Below, piece after piece: positions 1 through 8,807 of a stretch of DNA of 64,000 nucleotides. Origin of the DNA: Bacteroidales bacterium (GTDB lineage: Bacteria > Bacteroidota > Bacteroidia > Bacteroidales > NBLH01). The position numbers and the translations under genes were made by a program. The DNA lies in assembly GCA_016937695.1 (NCBI GenBank), contig JAFGWC010000002.1, positions 2,317-66,316 of the forward strand. Direction: 5' to 3'. The notes under the pieces are model-generated. The model searched no databases, was not told where the DNA came from, and saw nothing but the letters and a program-made list of their open reading frames with translations. How positions within the stretch are numbered: the first letter of the stretch is position 1; each line of letters begins with the position of its first letter.

Positions 1-379
1 CTGCCATTGAATTAAAAGCTCCTGCCGTACAAGTATGACTATCGCTTCCAACTATTATCATTCCCGGCATTGCATGATACGACATTATTTGATGACAAAT
101 TCCTTTTCCTGCATCGTAAAACTTTTTGATGCCTTCTTTATTTACAATATCTCTAATTTCTTGATATTGAGATGCTAATTTAGCCGAAGTTGGTGGTGCA
201 TTATGGTCTAAAACAACAAGTAATTGATTTGGGTCGGCAACTTTTTGTCCGCCCATATTTTCAAAAGTCTTTTTTATACTTGCTGTATTATCATGTGTTA
301 GTACAATATCAGGTTTACTGAAAACTGTACTCCCTTTCTCTGCATTAAATATTTTTTCTACAAAAGTTTTTCCGCTCAT
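1..379 (-). CDS. aconitase-family dehydratase large subunit (LeuC/HacA type), N-terminal 126 codons; C-terminal part runs off the window
   Basis: Own translation of the minus strand from ATG (rc of 377-379): MSGKTFVEKIF...LVVLDHNAPP...GKGICHQIM...MIIVGSDSHTCTAGAFNSMA. These are the DH..P, ICHQ and GSDSHT motifs of aconitase domain 1. Not in the ORF track because it is truncated by the window edge. Confidence 0.8.
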   Translation of the reverse strand, partial: MSGKTFVEKIFNAEKGSTVFSKPDIVLTHDNTASIKKTFENMGGQKVADPNQLLVVLDHNAPPTSAKLASQYQEIRDIVNKEGIKKFYDAGKGICHQIMSYHAMPGMIIVGSDSHTCTAGAFNSMA

Positions 380-466
380 TTTTTAGTAATTAGAGTATTA
401 GTAATTGGTAATTAGTGTATTAGCAATTTGTTTATTGTATAAATAACAAATTTGCCAATAAGCAAA

Positions 467-946
467 TTACAACAATCCAATAATATTAGATAAAATTATT
501 TCTTTTGTGTCAACTTGAAGTTCTTCTAACAAATCTTTTAATTTTTTTGATTTTGTTTCTTCATTCTTAACAGATTCAATAATATCTTTTAAAGCTTTAA
601 ATTGAGAGCCTTTTAATTCATCACTTAGTATTTCCAAGATTTTACCAGATAATTCATCATTTTTTGCAGATTTCTTTTCTAAACCAAAATTTTCGATTTC
701 AAAAATAGCAGCTTCAACAATTACTTTAGCTTTTTTCTTTATCGTATCTTGAGTTCCGGATGTATCACGAAGCGCCCAACTGCTAAAATCGTATTTTAAT
801 TCATTAATTTGATTGATTTTTGAAGAACTGTTTCCAAAAATTCTGTCAAATAAATTTATTGTATTTATTTTCCAAGCATCTAAATCAAAAGATTTGTCTT
901 CGAGTTTAGTTATCTGATTTTGAAGTAATTCTATTTCTTTCATCAT
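467..946 (-). CDS. hypothetical protein (159 aa, Lys/Glu-rich, probably helical)
   Basis: ORF track. No motif I recognise. Sits between two aconitase-family genes and is flanked on both sides by short ATTAG-type repeats. Confidence 0.5.
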   Translation of the reverse strand: MMKEIELLQNQITKLEDKSFDLDAWKINTINLFDRIFGNSSSKINQINELKYDFSSWALRDTSGTQDTIKKKAKVIVEAAIFEIENFGLEKKSAKNDELSGKILEILSDELKGSQFKALKDIIESVKNEETKSKKLKDLLEELQVDTKEIILSNIIGLL

Positions 947-1073
947 TTTTAATTTAGAAATTAAATTCTTAAATTATTAATTAATTATTTTTACCACTAA
1001 TGCAGTAATTTTCACATTGTAAATTTTGTTTTATTAAAATACAATAATTTATTAGTGCATTAGTGCTTAAAAT

Positions 1074-2888
1074 TTAAAAAAGGCCGTCGTTTTTATAAAT
1101 TTCGAGTTGAACATCTGAAAATGGTTCGGCTTTAATAATTTTATTTTGTGATAAATTATTTATTTCGCCAGTTCTGAAATTTACTTTTACTTGATTCCCA
1201 TCTTTTAATTCTAATTTATCAATATTTGAAGCTGTAACAATAGGAAAAGCAGCATTAATTGCGTTTCTTTCGTAAATTGCGCCAAAAGATTCGGCAATAA
1301 TAGCCTGAACGCCAAGAGCTTTAAAGCAATCAACAGCTTGTTGTCTTGAACTGCCGCTTCCAAAATTTTTATTAACAACAACAATATCGCCTTGTTTGGC
1401 TTTTTTAGAAAAATCTTCGTATCCTTTCAAATTATCGAAAGTGTATTGTCCCATTTCGTTAATATCAGTAATTGCAAGATATCTGTTATGAAAAATCATA
1501 TCTGTATCAATATTATCTTCTGGAATATACCAAACTCTACCTTCAATTATTTCCGGTTTTTCAGATTTTTTATTTTTTTCAATATCTCTTTCAATAATTT
1601 TTTCTACATATGTAGATTCAAAAATTGCAGGTTCCTCAGGAATATCGTCAAAAGTTGTAATACATCCTGCAATAGCAGATGCAGCAACAGTTGCAGGCGA
1701 GGCAAGATATACAGAACCTTTACCTTGTTTACCGGGAAAGTTTCTATTTCCTGTACTGATTGTAATTTCGCCTGGTCCGTTTTGTCCAACTTGTCCGGCT
1801 GCACATCCGGCGCATCCGGCATTAGAAACAAGTGCCCCTGAATCTTTAAAAATTGTGATAAGTCCTTCATCTAAACACTGTCGCCAAACTTTATCTGTTG
1901 TAGGAACAATTTTTAAAACAACGCCCGGCGCAACTCTTTTTCCTTTTAAAACTTCAGCAACTTCACGCATATCTTCAATTCGGCCGTTAGTACAGCTTCC
2001 AATAAATGCAGAATCAATCTTTGTTTTTTTAGCATCAATAATATTAATTGTATCATGCGGTTTACCGGGAAGAGAAATCATTGGTTTAAATGAGCTCAAA
2101 TCTAAATCGAAAACTTGCTCATAATCAGCACTTTCATCTGCTTTAACAATTTCGATTTTTTTACCGGATGCAGCGCTACAATAATCTACTATTTGCTGAT
2201 TTGGTGTAAACAAAATTATTATTGCGCCCATTTCAGTTGCCATAGAAGCTATAGTTATTCTTTCGTCTAATGTAAATTTTTCAACTTCTTCGCCATAAAT
2301 TTCAATTGAATATCCAAGTAATTGATTTGCCCCAAATTTATTTAACAAATTAAGGACAATATCTTTAGCAAAAATTTTATCAGGTCTTTTACCATTTAAA
2401 TTAATTTTTACTGATTTTGGAACTTTAAACCATACTTTCCCTTTATTAAATGCAACTGCTATGTCTTTATCGCCCATTCCTTGTCCAAAAGCACCAACTG
2501 CACCAAGTATATTCGCATGAGAATCTGTTGTTACAGCAGTAGAACCTGGATAAGTAAGTCCTTGCTCAATTAACATATGAGTTCCTATTCCTTTGTCAAT
2601 ATCAAAAACCTTAAAACCTCTTTCGCGTGCAAAAACACGACATTTATGTTGATTTACAGCATATTTTTGATCAGAACCTGTAGGATTTGTATCGAATGTA
2701 AAAAATGTTTTTGTTACATCATCAATAGATAAATTATTTTCTTCTAAATTATTTACAACATTAGGTCCACCAAAATCACGAGCAACACGAGCATCTATTT
2801 CTATATCAACAATATCTCCTGATTTTACTGTATCATATTTTGAGTGATTTGCTAATATTTTTTCTATTAAATTCATAGATTTAGTCAT
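1074..2888 (-). CDS. aconitase-family dehydratase with large and small subunits fused (LeuC-LeuD-like, 604 aa)
   Basis: N-terminal 420 aa carry TTDSHAN, FIGSCTNGR and SNAGCAGC (Fe-S cluster Cys ligands). The C-terminal 170 aa carry the LeuD-type swivel motif NFGSGSSRQQAV and AESFGAIYERNAIN. Confidence 0.85.
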   Translation of the reverse strand: MTKSMNLIEKILANHSKYDTVKSGDIVDIEIDARVARDFGGPNVVNNLEENNLSIDDVTKTFFTFDTNPTGSDQKYAVNQHKCRVFARERGFKVFDIDKGIGTHMLIEQGLTYPGSTAVTTDSHANILGAVGAFGQGMGDKDIAVAFNKGKVWFKVPKSVKINLNGKRPDKIFAKDIVLNLLNKFGANQLLGYSIEIYGEEVEKFTLDERITIASMATEMGAIIILFTPNQQIVDYCSAASGKKIEIVKADESADYEQVFDLDLSSFKPMISLPGKPHDTINIIDAKKTKIDSAFIGSCTNGRIEDMREVAEVLKGKRVAPGVVLKIVPTTDKVWRQCLDEGLITIFKDSGALVSNAGCAGCAAGQVGQNGPGEITISTGNRNFPGKQGKGSVYLASPATVAASAIAGCITTFDDIPEEPAIFESTYVEKIIERDIEKNKKSEKPEIIEGRVWYIPEDNIDTDMIFHNRYLAITDINEMGQYTFDNLKGYEDFSKKAKQGDIVVVNKNFGSGSSRQQAVDCFKALGVQAIIAESFGAIYERNAINAAFPIVTASNIDKLELKDGNQVKVNFRTGEINNLSQNKIIKAEPFSDVQLEIYKNDGLF

Positions 2889-3102
2889 AGTTTTAATTTT
2901 TATTATTTAATGACAAAATTAGCTTATTTTTTCTATTTGAAAAACGATTATTATCATTTAAACAAACTAATTTCACATTTGTCATTTATTAATCAATTAA
3001 AATCAATATTTTTTTTCACAATTTAACAAGCTAAATATCTGCACTTTAGAATATTATTTAAATATGTTTTTACTTTTTTAGAACAACTACTAGCAATTTA
3101 GT

Positions 3103-3128
3103 TGTATAACTAAATATTTAGTTATACA
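3103..3128. promoter_or_regulatory. 26-bp perfect palindrome, candidate BlaI-family operator
   Basis: TGTATAACTAAAT|ATTTAGTTATACA: 13+13 bp abutting perfect inverted repeat with TGTA/TACA ends. It ends 8 bp upstream of the ATG at 3137. Confidence 0.6.
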
Positions 3129-3136
3129 TTTGTTGC

Positions 3137-3517
3137 ATGAACGAATTAACAAAAGCTGAAGAAAAAGTAATGCAAATTGTTTGGAAAATTGAAAAAGGAT
3201 TTGTAAAAGATGTTATTGAATATTTTGATGCTCCGAAACCTGCTTATAATACGGTTTCTACGATTATCAGAATTTTAGAAACCAAAGGTTTTATTGGCCA
3301 TAAAGCTTATGGTAAAACTCATGAATATTTTCCTTTAATAAGCAAAAAGGAATATACTAAGAGTTTTTTCAGTGGTTTTCTAAAAAAATATTTTAGTAAT
3401 TCTTTTCAACAACTGGTATCTTTTTTTTCAAACGAAAATGAAATGAGTATTGAAGAAATGGAAAAGATAATGAAAATGATGCAATCTGAGATTGATCTTA
3501 AAAAAGAAAAAAAATGA
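3137..3517 (+). CDS. BlaI/MecI/CopY-family transcriptional repressor
   Basis: 126 aa. N-terminal winged helix LTKAEEKVMQIVW...YNTVSTIIRILETKGFI is typical of the family. Its TGA stop overlaps the ATG of the downstream BlaR1-like gene (ATGA). Confidence 0.85.
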   Translation: MNELTKAEEKVMQIVWKIEKGFVKDVIEYFDAPKPAYNTVSTIIRILETKGFIGHKAYGKTHEYFPLISKKEYTKSFFSGFLKKYFSNSFQQLVSFFSNENEMSIEEMEKIMKMMQSEIDLKKEKK

Positions 3518-4770
3518 ACAACTTAAATTTATTTATAATTAAATCAAGTCTGATACTTTTTGTATTTTACATAGGTTTTTGGCTGTTTTTAAGAAAAAGT
3601 TCTTATTTTAAATTAAATAGGATTTATCTTTTAAGTGGTTTAATTTTAAGCTTGATTATACCTTTTTTAAACTTTCAACTTCACGAAAGTGCTCAAACAG
3701 AGATATTTATCACTTTGGATAGTATTGATATAAGTTCAAATAAAATTTTAAATACAAGCCAAAATGCTATAGATTGGTTTGGGTTTTTTCCAATTTTTTA
3801 TTATTCTATAGCTGTTTTATTAACTTTTAAGTTCTTATTTCAATTATTTTCTTTAATAAATCTATTTCTTCATTCAGAAAAAGAAAAACAAAATGGATTT
3901 AATTTAATTTTAACTAATAAAAACAATGCAAACTTTTCTTTTTTTAATTATGCTTTTGTAAACAAAAAAAATAGAAATTCTGAAAGTTATAGCGCTATAA
4001 TAAAGCATGAGTTCGTTCATATCGTTCAAAAACATTCTGTTGATATTATTTTAGCAGAGATAGTTACAATTGTTCTTTGGTTTAATCCTTTTGCGTGGTT
4101 ATATAAAAAATCAATAAAAGAAAACCACGAGTACATTGCTGATGCTGAAGTAATTAACAATTCTTTATCAGTAATAGAATATCAAAAAATATTATTTGAA
4201 CAGAGTTTTGGTGTAAATTTCAGTATTGCTAATAGTTTTAACAGTTCACTAACATTTAAAAGACTTAATATGATGAAAAAAATAAAATCAAATAAATATA
4301 TGAAATATCGAGTTTTGATTACACTTCCGGCAATTTTACTGATGATCGTATTTGTCTCATTTTCAAATGAAAACAATAGTACAATTATAAAAAATGTAAA
4401 TCCTTTATCTGTAAATCAAGATATAGATTTAAGCGAAAATTTAAGCCTTATTGATGATACATTTTTTATTGTTGAAAAAATGCCCGAATTTCCGGGAGGC
4501 GAATTTGGACTAAGAAAATTTATTGCAACAAACATTAAATATCCTGAAAGTGCAAGAGATAATGGTATTGCAGGAAAAGTTTTTATAAGGTTTGCTGTTA
4601 CAAAGGATGGAAGTGTTGATAATGTTCATGTAGCTAGAAGTGTAGATCAACTACTTGACGAAGAAGCTATTAGAGTTGTGAAATTATTAAAAGGCTGGAA
4701 GCCTGGCGAACAAAAAGGCGAAAAAGTTAATGTTTGGTTTATTGTTCCAATTAATTTTGCTTTAAAATAA
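3514..4770 (+). CDS. BlaR1/M56-family membrane sensor peptidase fused to a C-terminal TonB-C domain
   Basis: Multiple TM segments, HEXXH zinc motif (HEFVHIVQKH) and a C-terminal VEKMPEFPGGE...GEKVNVWFIVPINFALK TonB-C domain. Confidence 0.8.
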   Translation: MNNLNLFIIKSSLILFVFYIGFWLFLRKSSYFKLNRIYLLSGLILSLIIPFLNFQLHESAQTEIFITLDSIDISSNKILNTSQNAIDWFGFFPIFYYSIAVLLTFKFLFQLFSLINLFLHSEKEKQNGFNLILTNKNNANFSFFNYAFVNKKNRNSESYSAIIKHEFVHIVQKHSVDIILAEIVTIVLWFNPFAWLYKKSIKENHEYIADAEVINNSLSVIEYQKILFEQSFGVNFSIANSFNSSLTFKRLNMMKKIKSNKYMKYRVLITLPAILLMIVFVSFSNENNSTIIKNVNPLSVNQDIDLSENLSLIDDTFFIVEKMPEFPGGEFGLRKFIATNIKYPESARDNGIAGKVFIRFAVTKDGSVDNVHVARSVDQLLDEEAIRVVKLLKGWKPGEQKGEKVNVWFIVPINFALK

Positions 4771-4808
4771 TCAAAATTTGCTGCACAATAATATTTCTTT
4801 TAATTTTG

Positions 4809-4845
4809 ACCACAAAGGCTTTTAAAACCTTTGTGGTTTGTATTC
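4809..4845 (+). terminator. rho-independent terminator-like hairpin
   Basis: ACCACAAAGG (4809-4818) / CCTTTGTGGT (4828-4837), a 10-bp perfect stem followed by T-rich sequence, 39 nt after the stop at 4770. Confidence 0.6.
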
Positions 4846-4920
4846 TTAATAAATTAATGTGAAATTTAAAAGATACAATATTTATTATCAACTATTACTT
4901 GAATAATTAAAAGAAAATAT

Positions 4921-6535
4921 ATGAAGATTATAATGAAATTTTCTAAATATTTAAAGAATAAAGGTGTAATCATAATTCCAACAATAATATTTTTGGTAGT
5001 TTTGTTGCTTTTAAATCAGATCAAAAGTCTCAATTTGAAACAAATACAAATAAAAAAGAATCTTTTTTTGAAAAAGCAAATTTCATTAGTGAGAAATCAG
5101 ACATACTTTATAGTGAATTAGAAAGTTCAAATATTTTTATTGATGATACTTTTAATTTTGTGGAAAAAATGCCAGAATTTCCTGGAGGATTGACGGAATT
5201 AAGGAAATTTTTAGCATCAAACATTTTATATCCTGATGAAGCAAGAATTAAAAATGTGTCAGGAAAAGTATATGTGAGATTTTTAATTGCAAAAAATGGT
5301 GCTGTTTTAATGTATCAATAATAAGAAGTGTTCATCCTGAGATTGACAAAGAAGCAATTCGTGTAATTAAATTACTGCCAAACTGGATAGCTGGAGAAAA
5401 AGATGGGGAAAAAGTGAATGTTTGGTATACTTTCCCTATTAACTTTGTTATTCAAGAAGTTGAAAATGATACAACCTCAGTTAATAATATTGCCCTAAGT
5501 AACAATGCAAAAAAAGATGAAAATGGAATCTATTTTTTATGCGACAAAATGCCGCAATTTAAGGGTGGAGTTACAGAACTAAAAAATCATATAGTTTCAG
5601 AACTAAGATATCCATATGATGCAGAAGAATTAGGACTTTCAGCATTAGTTTCAGTAAAGTTTATTGTTAATAGAAAAGGCGGAATTGATAGCGTTTGTGT
5701 AATGAATAGTGAAGATGTACACATATTATTTGAAAGAGAAGCAAAAAGAGTTGTTTTGGATTTGCCAGAATGGATTCCTGGAGAACAAAATGGTGAAAAA
5801 GTTGATGTTTGGTCATCAATACCAATTGGATTTTTTATTAAGGCTAGTGAAAAAGATGAAACAAAAGCACTAAATAATCAAATACAAAATTCTAAAAGTA
5901 ATGTTAAAATTAGAAAAGATCCTGAATTTCCATCTGGTATAATGGGATTATATAAATATATATCAAACTACACAATATATCCATCTAAATTGCAAAAATC
6001 AGGAATTAAAGGGAATGTTGATGTGAAATTTAATATTTCAAAAACAGGCAAAGTTGATAGTGTAATAATTGAAAAAAGCTTACACCCTTTAATAGACAAG
6101 GAACCATTTAGGCTTATTAAAACAATGCCTAAATGGAAAGCAGCTGAATTAAATGGAGAAAAAATAAATACTTGGCTAACTCTACCAATTCATTTTGAAC
6201 AAATTGATATAGAAAACGACACAACTTGTTTTTATGTTGAAAAAATGCCGGAATTTCCGGGAGGCGAATTAGGACTAAGAAATTATATATCAAGAAGAGT
6301 TAAATACCCGGATGCTGCAAGAGAATTGGGTATAGAAGGAAGAGTTTTTGTGAGATTTGTAGTTACGAGTAATGGAAAAGTTTCAAATGTTACTTTAGCA
6401 AGAGGTGTTCATAACTTGTTAGATGAAGAAGCTATTTTCGTTGTTAAAAATCTACCAAACTGGAAGCCTGGTGAACAAAAAGGCGAAAAAGTAAATGTTT
6501 GGTATATTATTCCAATAAATTTTTCTTTAAAATAA
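4921..6535 (+). pseudogene. membrane-anchored protein with four tandem TonB C-terminal domains, interrupted by two frameshifts
   Basis: TM anchor in frame 1 (4921-5121). The linker and first TonB-C domain are in frame 3 (open 4962-5321; FVEKMPEFPGGLTELRKF...NGAV then TAA TAA). The rest is in frame 2 (NVSIIRSVHPEIDKEAIRVIKLLPNW... joining ORF 5414-6535). The second shift lies at the GTTTT run around 5305-5310. Confidence 0.7.
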
Positions 6536-6559
6536 TATCTAAATTACACACATAAAAAG

Positions 6560-6600
6560 GCACAATCGAATTAAATATTTATTTCTATTGTGCTTTTTTT
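6560..6600 (+). terminator. rho-independent terminator
   Basis: GCACAAT (6560-6566) / ATTGTGC (6587-6593) stem followed by T7 (6594-6600), 25 nt after the stop at 6535. Confidence 0.55.
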
Positions 6601-6681
6601 ATAAAATAATATTCAAATCAAAAAAAAAGCCTTAACATATTTATTATAAGGCAATTACAATTATTTAAATTCTAAAATATT

Positions 6682-7965
6682 ATGAAACTTTTTATTTTTA
6701 ATTTTATAATTATCTTATTTTTCAGCCTCAACACATTTTCACAAACAACAACTGATGAAATTAATGAAGCTATTTCAAATGGTAATATTTTAAAAGCTAC
6801 TGAACTGGCAGAAAAAAATTCTATATCCAATCCTAAAGATTTAAATTCCTGGATTTTATTAGCCAAAATATATCAAAAATCATATAAATATAATGAAGCA
6901 ATTATTGCTCTGAAAAAAGCAATATCAATCGACTCAAAAAATATATCAATACAACTTGAATTAGCAAATATTTACGGCAAAATTGATAATGAAACAGCTG
7001 CAATATTTGAGTATGATAATATTTTAAAACAAGACAGCAATAATTTCACTGCGCTTATAAATTTATCACAAATTCAATTAGAATTAAAACAATATAGTAA
7101 TGCTTATTCAAATTTTGAAAAATTGCACAAATTAGATAGCTTAAATAGCGAATTTGTTAGGTATATGGCAATATGCAAACTAAAAGAAGATAGTTTACTA
7201 GAAGCGGTTCATCTTTTCGAAAAATCATATAAAATAAACAGCACAAATCTAAAAACAATTTATTGGTTATCAGATATATACACAAATCAAAAAAAATATG
7301 ATACTGCAAATGTTATAATAAATCTGGCAATAGAAAATTATCCTACAAATGGAAAACTATACGAAAAAAGAGCTAATGTAAATTTCAAAAAAAATCATCA
7401 TTACAGAACAATTCCTGATTTTAAAAAAGCTATTGAATTAGGATACGATAATTATCAAATCAGAAAAAATCTTGCAAAAAGTCTTTACGTAACCAAACAA
7501 TATCAAGAAGCAAACGACTTATTAGAATCTTTAATTATAAAGGATACTATTGATTATCAGCTATGTATGTATCTTGGAGATATTAAAACTGAATTGAAAG
7601 ATTATGAAAAAAGTCTTTTGTTTTATAATAAAGCCCTAGAAATTTTACATCCTGATCCTATACTTCTTTCTGCAATTTATAATGGAATTTCTGAGAATTA
7701 TTCAAAACAAAAACTTTTCTACAAACAAATTGAATACATTCATAAAAGGCAAAAAGTAATTCCAAAATCATTTAATTCAAACGAATATTTGCTGAAAGTT
7801 GCCAATATTTATGAAAATGATATAAAAGATATTAAAAATGCCCTAAAATATTACGAAAGATATTGGAGCTATATCAAAGACGTTAGTTGGCATGAAGATG
7901 TTTACAAAGAACAAATTATTTCTAAAATTAACAGATTAAAAGAAGAACTGCATTTTCAAAAATAG
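6682..7965 (+). CDS. secreted tetratricopeptide (TPR) repeat protein
   Basis: Signal peptide MKLFIFNFIIILFFSLNTFSQ. Repeated 34-aa A..Y......Y..A...F..A TPR-like periodicity throughout. Confidence 0.7.
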   Translation: MKLFIFNFIIILFFSLNTFSQTTTDEINEAISNGNILKATELAEKNSISNPKDLNSWILLAKIYQKSYKYNEAIIALKKAISIDSKNISIQLELANIYGKIDNETAAIFEYDNILKQDSNNFTALINLSQIQLELKQYSNAYSNFEKLHKLDSLNSEFVRYMAICKLKEDSLLEAVHLFEKSYKINSTNLKTIYWLSDIYTNQKKYDTANVIINLAIENYPTNGKLYEKRANVNFKKNHHYRTIPDFKKAIELGYDNYQIRKNLAKSLYVTKQYQEANDLLESLIIKDTIDYQLCMYLGDIKTELKDYEKSLLFYNKALEILHPDPILLSAIYNGISENYSKQKLFYKQIEYIHKRQKVIPKSFNSNEYLLKVANIYENDIKDIKNALKYYERYWSYIKDVSWHEDVYKEQIISKINRLKEELHFQK

Positions 7966-8064
7966 AATTAAAAAAATATAAAAATTCAATTTAATAGATT
8001 AGTAAATAAAAAAAAGAGAGATAACTTTGTACTTAATTTTTTTAATCTAACATCAATTTTTTTT

Positions 8065-8259
8065 ATGATAACAAAAGATACAACAATTGAGGAAATTACT
8101 GAAAAATATCCGCAAACATTAGATTATTTAAGCAAAAATAACATTAGATGCATTAGATGCGGCGAGCCAATTTGGGGAACTTTAGAAGAAGCAGCTAAAG
8201 AAAAAGGCTATAATGATGAAGATATCATTAAAATAATTAAAGATTTGAATATGATATAG
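8065..8259 (+). CDS. small CxxC protein, DUF1858 / hybrid-cluster-protein-associated redox disulfide type
   Basis: 64 aa: MITKDTTIEEITEKYPQTLDYL...IRCIRCGEPIWGTLEEAAKEKG. The layout matches the family as I remember it. Confidence 0.55.
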   Translation: MITKDTTIEEITEKYPQTLDYLSKNNIRCIRCGEPIWGTLEEAAKEKGYNDEDIIKIIKDLNMI

Positions 8260-8268
8260 TTATAAAGC

Positions 8269-8307
8269 AAAAGCCACGGGTTTAATTATAAATTCGTGGC
8301 TTTTTTT
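8269..8307. terminator. bidirectional terminator between convergent genes
   Basis: AAGCCACG (8271-8278) / CGTGGCTT (8295-8302) with an A-run before and a T-run after. Lies between the + gene ending at 8259 and the - gene ending at 8322. Confidence 0.6.
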
Positions 8308-8321
8308 ATGTAAATCTGATA

Positions 8322-8792
8322 TTAATAAACATCAATAAGCTCAACTTCAAAAATAAGTGTTGAATATGCAGGTATTGTTCCAACTTCTCTACTTCCATAA
8401 GCTAAATCGCTAGGAATTATAAGAGTTGCTTTTCCGCCTACTTTCATATAAGTAATACCTTCATCCCAACCGGCAATAACCTGACCTACTCCAAGAGTAA
8501 ATTCTATTGGATCTCTTTCCAAAGAGCTATCAAAAGTAGTTCCATCTATTAATTTTCCTGTATAATCTACTTTAACAGTTTTACTAGCTTCAGCTTGTAC
8601 ACCTGTTCCTTCCAAAGTCTCAATATAATACATTCCGCTTGAAGTAGGCTCTTCTGTAATAGTATTTTCTGCAATATAAGCTGCTAGTTTTTCCAGTTCT
8701 ATTTCTGCAGGATCTTCTTTTTTACATGCATTATTAAATATTGAAACCACTAATAATAAGGCAATTACGCTAAAATAATTTTTAATTCTCAT
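8322..8792 (-). CDS. FKBP-type peptidyl-prolyl cis-trans isomerase (lipoprotein)
   Basis: Signal/lipobox ...IFNNAC. The C-terminal FKBP domain has VKVDYTGKLIDGTTFDSS, GVGQVIAGWDEG and IPSDLAYG. Confidence 0.85.
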   Translation of the reverse strand: MRIKNYFSVIALLLVVSIFNNACKKEDPAEIELEKLAAYIAENTITEEPTSSGMYYIETLEGTGVQAEASKTVKVDYTGKLIDGTTFDSSLERDPIEFTLGVGQVIAGWDEGITYMKVGGKATLIIPSDLAYGSREVGTIPAYSTLIFEVELIDVY

Positions 8793-8807
8793 ATTTAATC
8801 TTAATTT

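Noticed and set aside
1392-2124. Track ORFs 1392-1841(+), 1604-1870(-) and 1855-2124(+) inside the fused aconitase gene. Similar shadow ORFs occur at 4182-4376, 6672-6866, 12496-12756, 12515-12718, 13254-13692, 16434-16646, 18032-18217, 19673-19870, 24411-24830, 25311-25523, 27679-27897, 29126-29323, 31572-31844, 34709-35339, 38157-38351, 44209-46223, 50806-51015, 53679-53891, 56180-56470 and 63460-63669.
   Set aside because: All lie wholly within, antisense to, or out of frame with long ORFs that have clear family motifs. Their translations are low-complexity or hydrophobic junk typical of AT-rich shadow frames.
4921-5121. The 66-aa ORF as an independent small membrane protein
   Set aside because: It provides exactly the TM anchor missing from the downstream TonB-C repeat protein. 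An overlapping frame is open from 4962 and leads straight into the first TonB-C domain, so it is better explained as the 5' part of a frameshifted gene.
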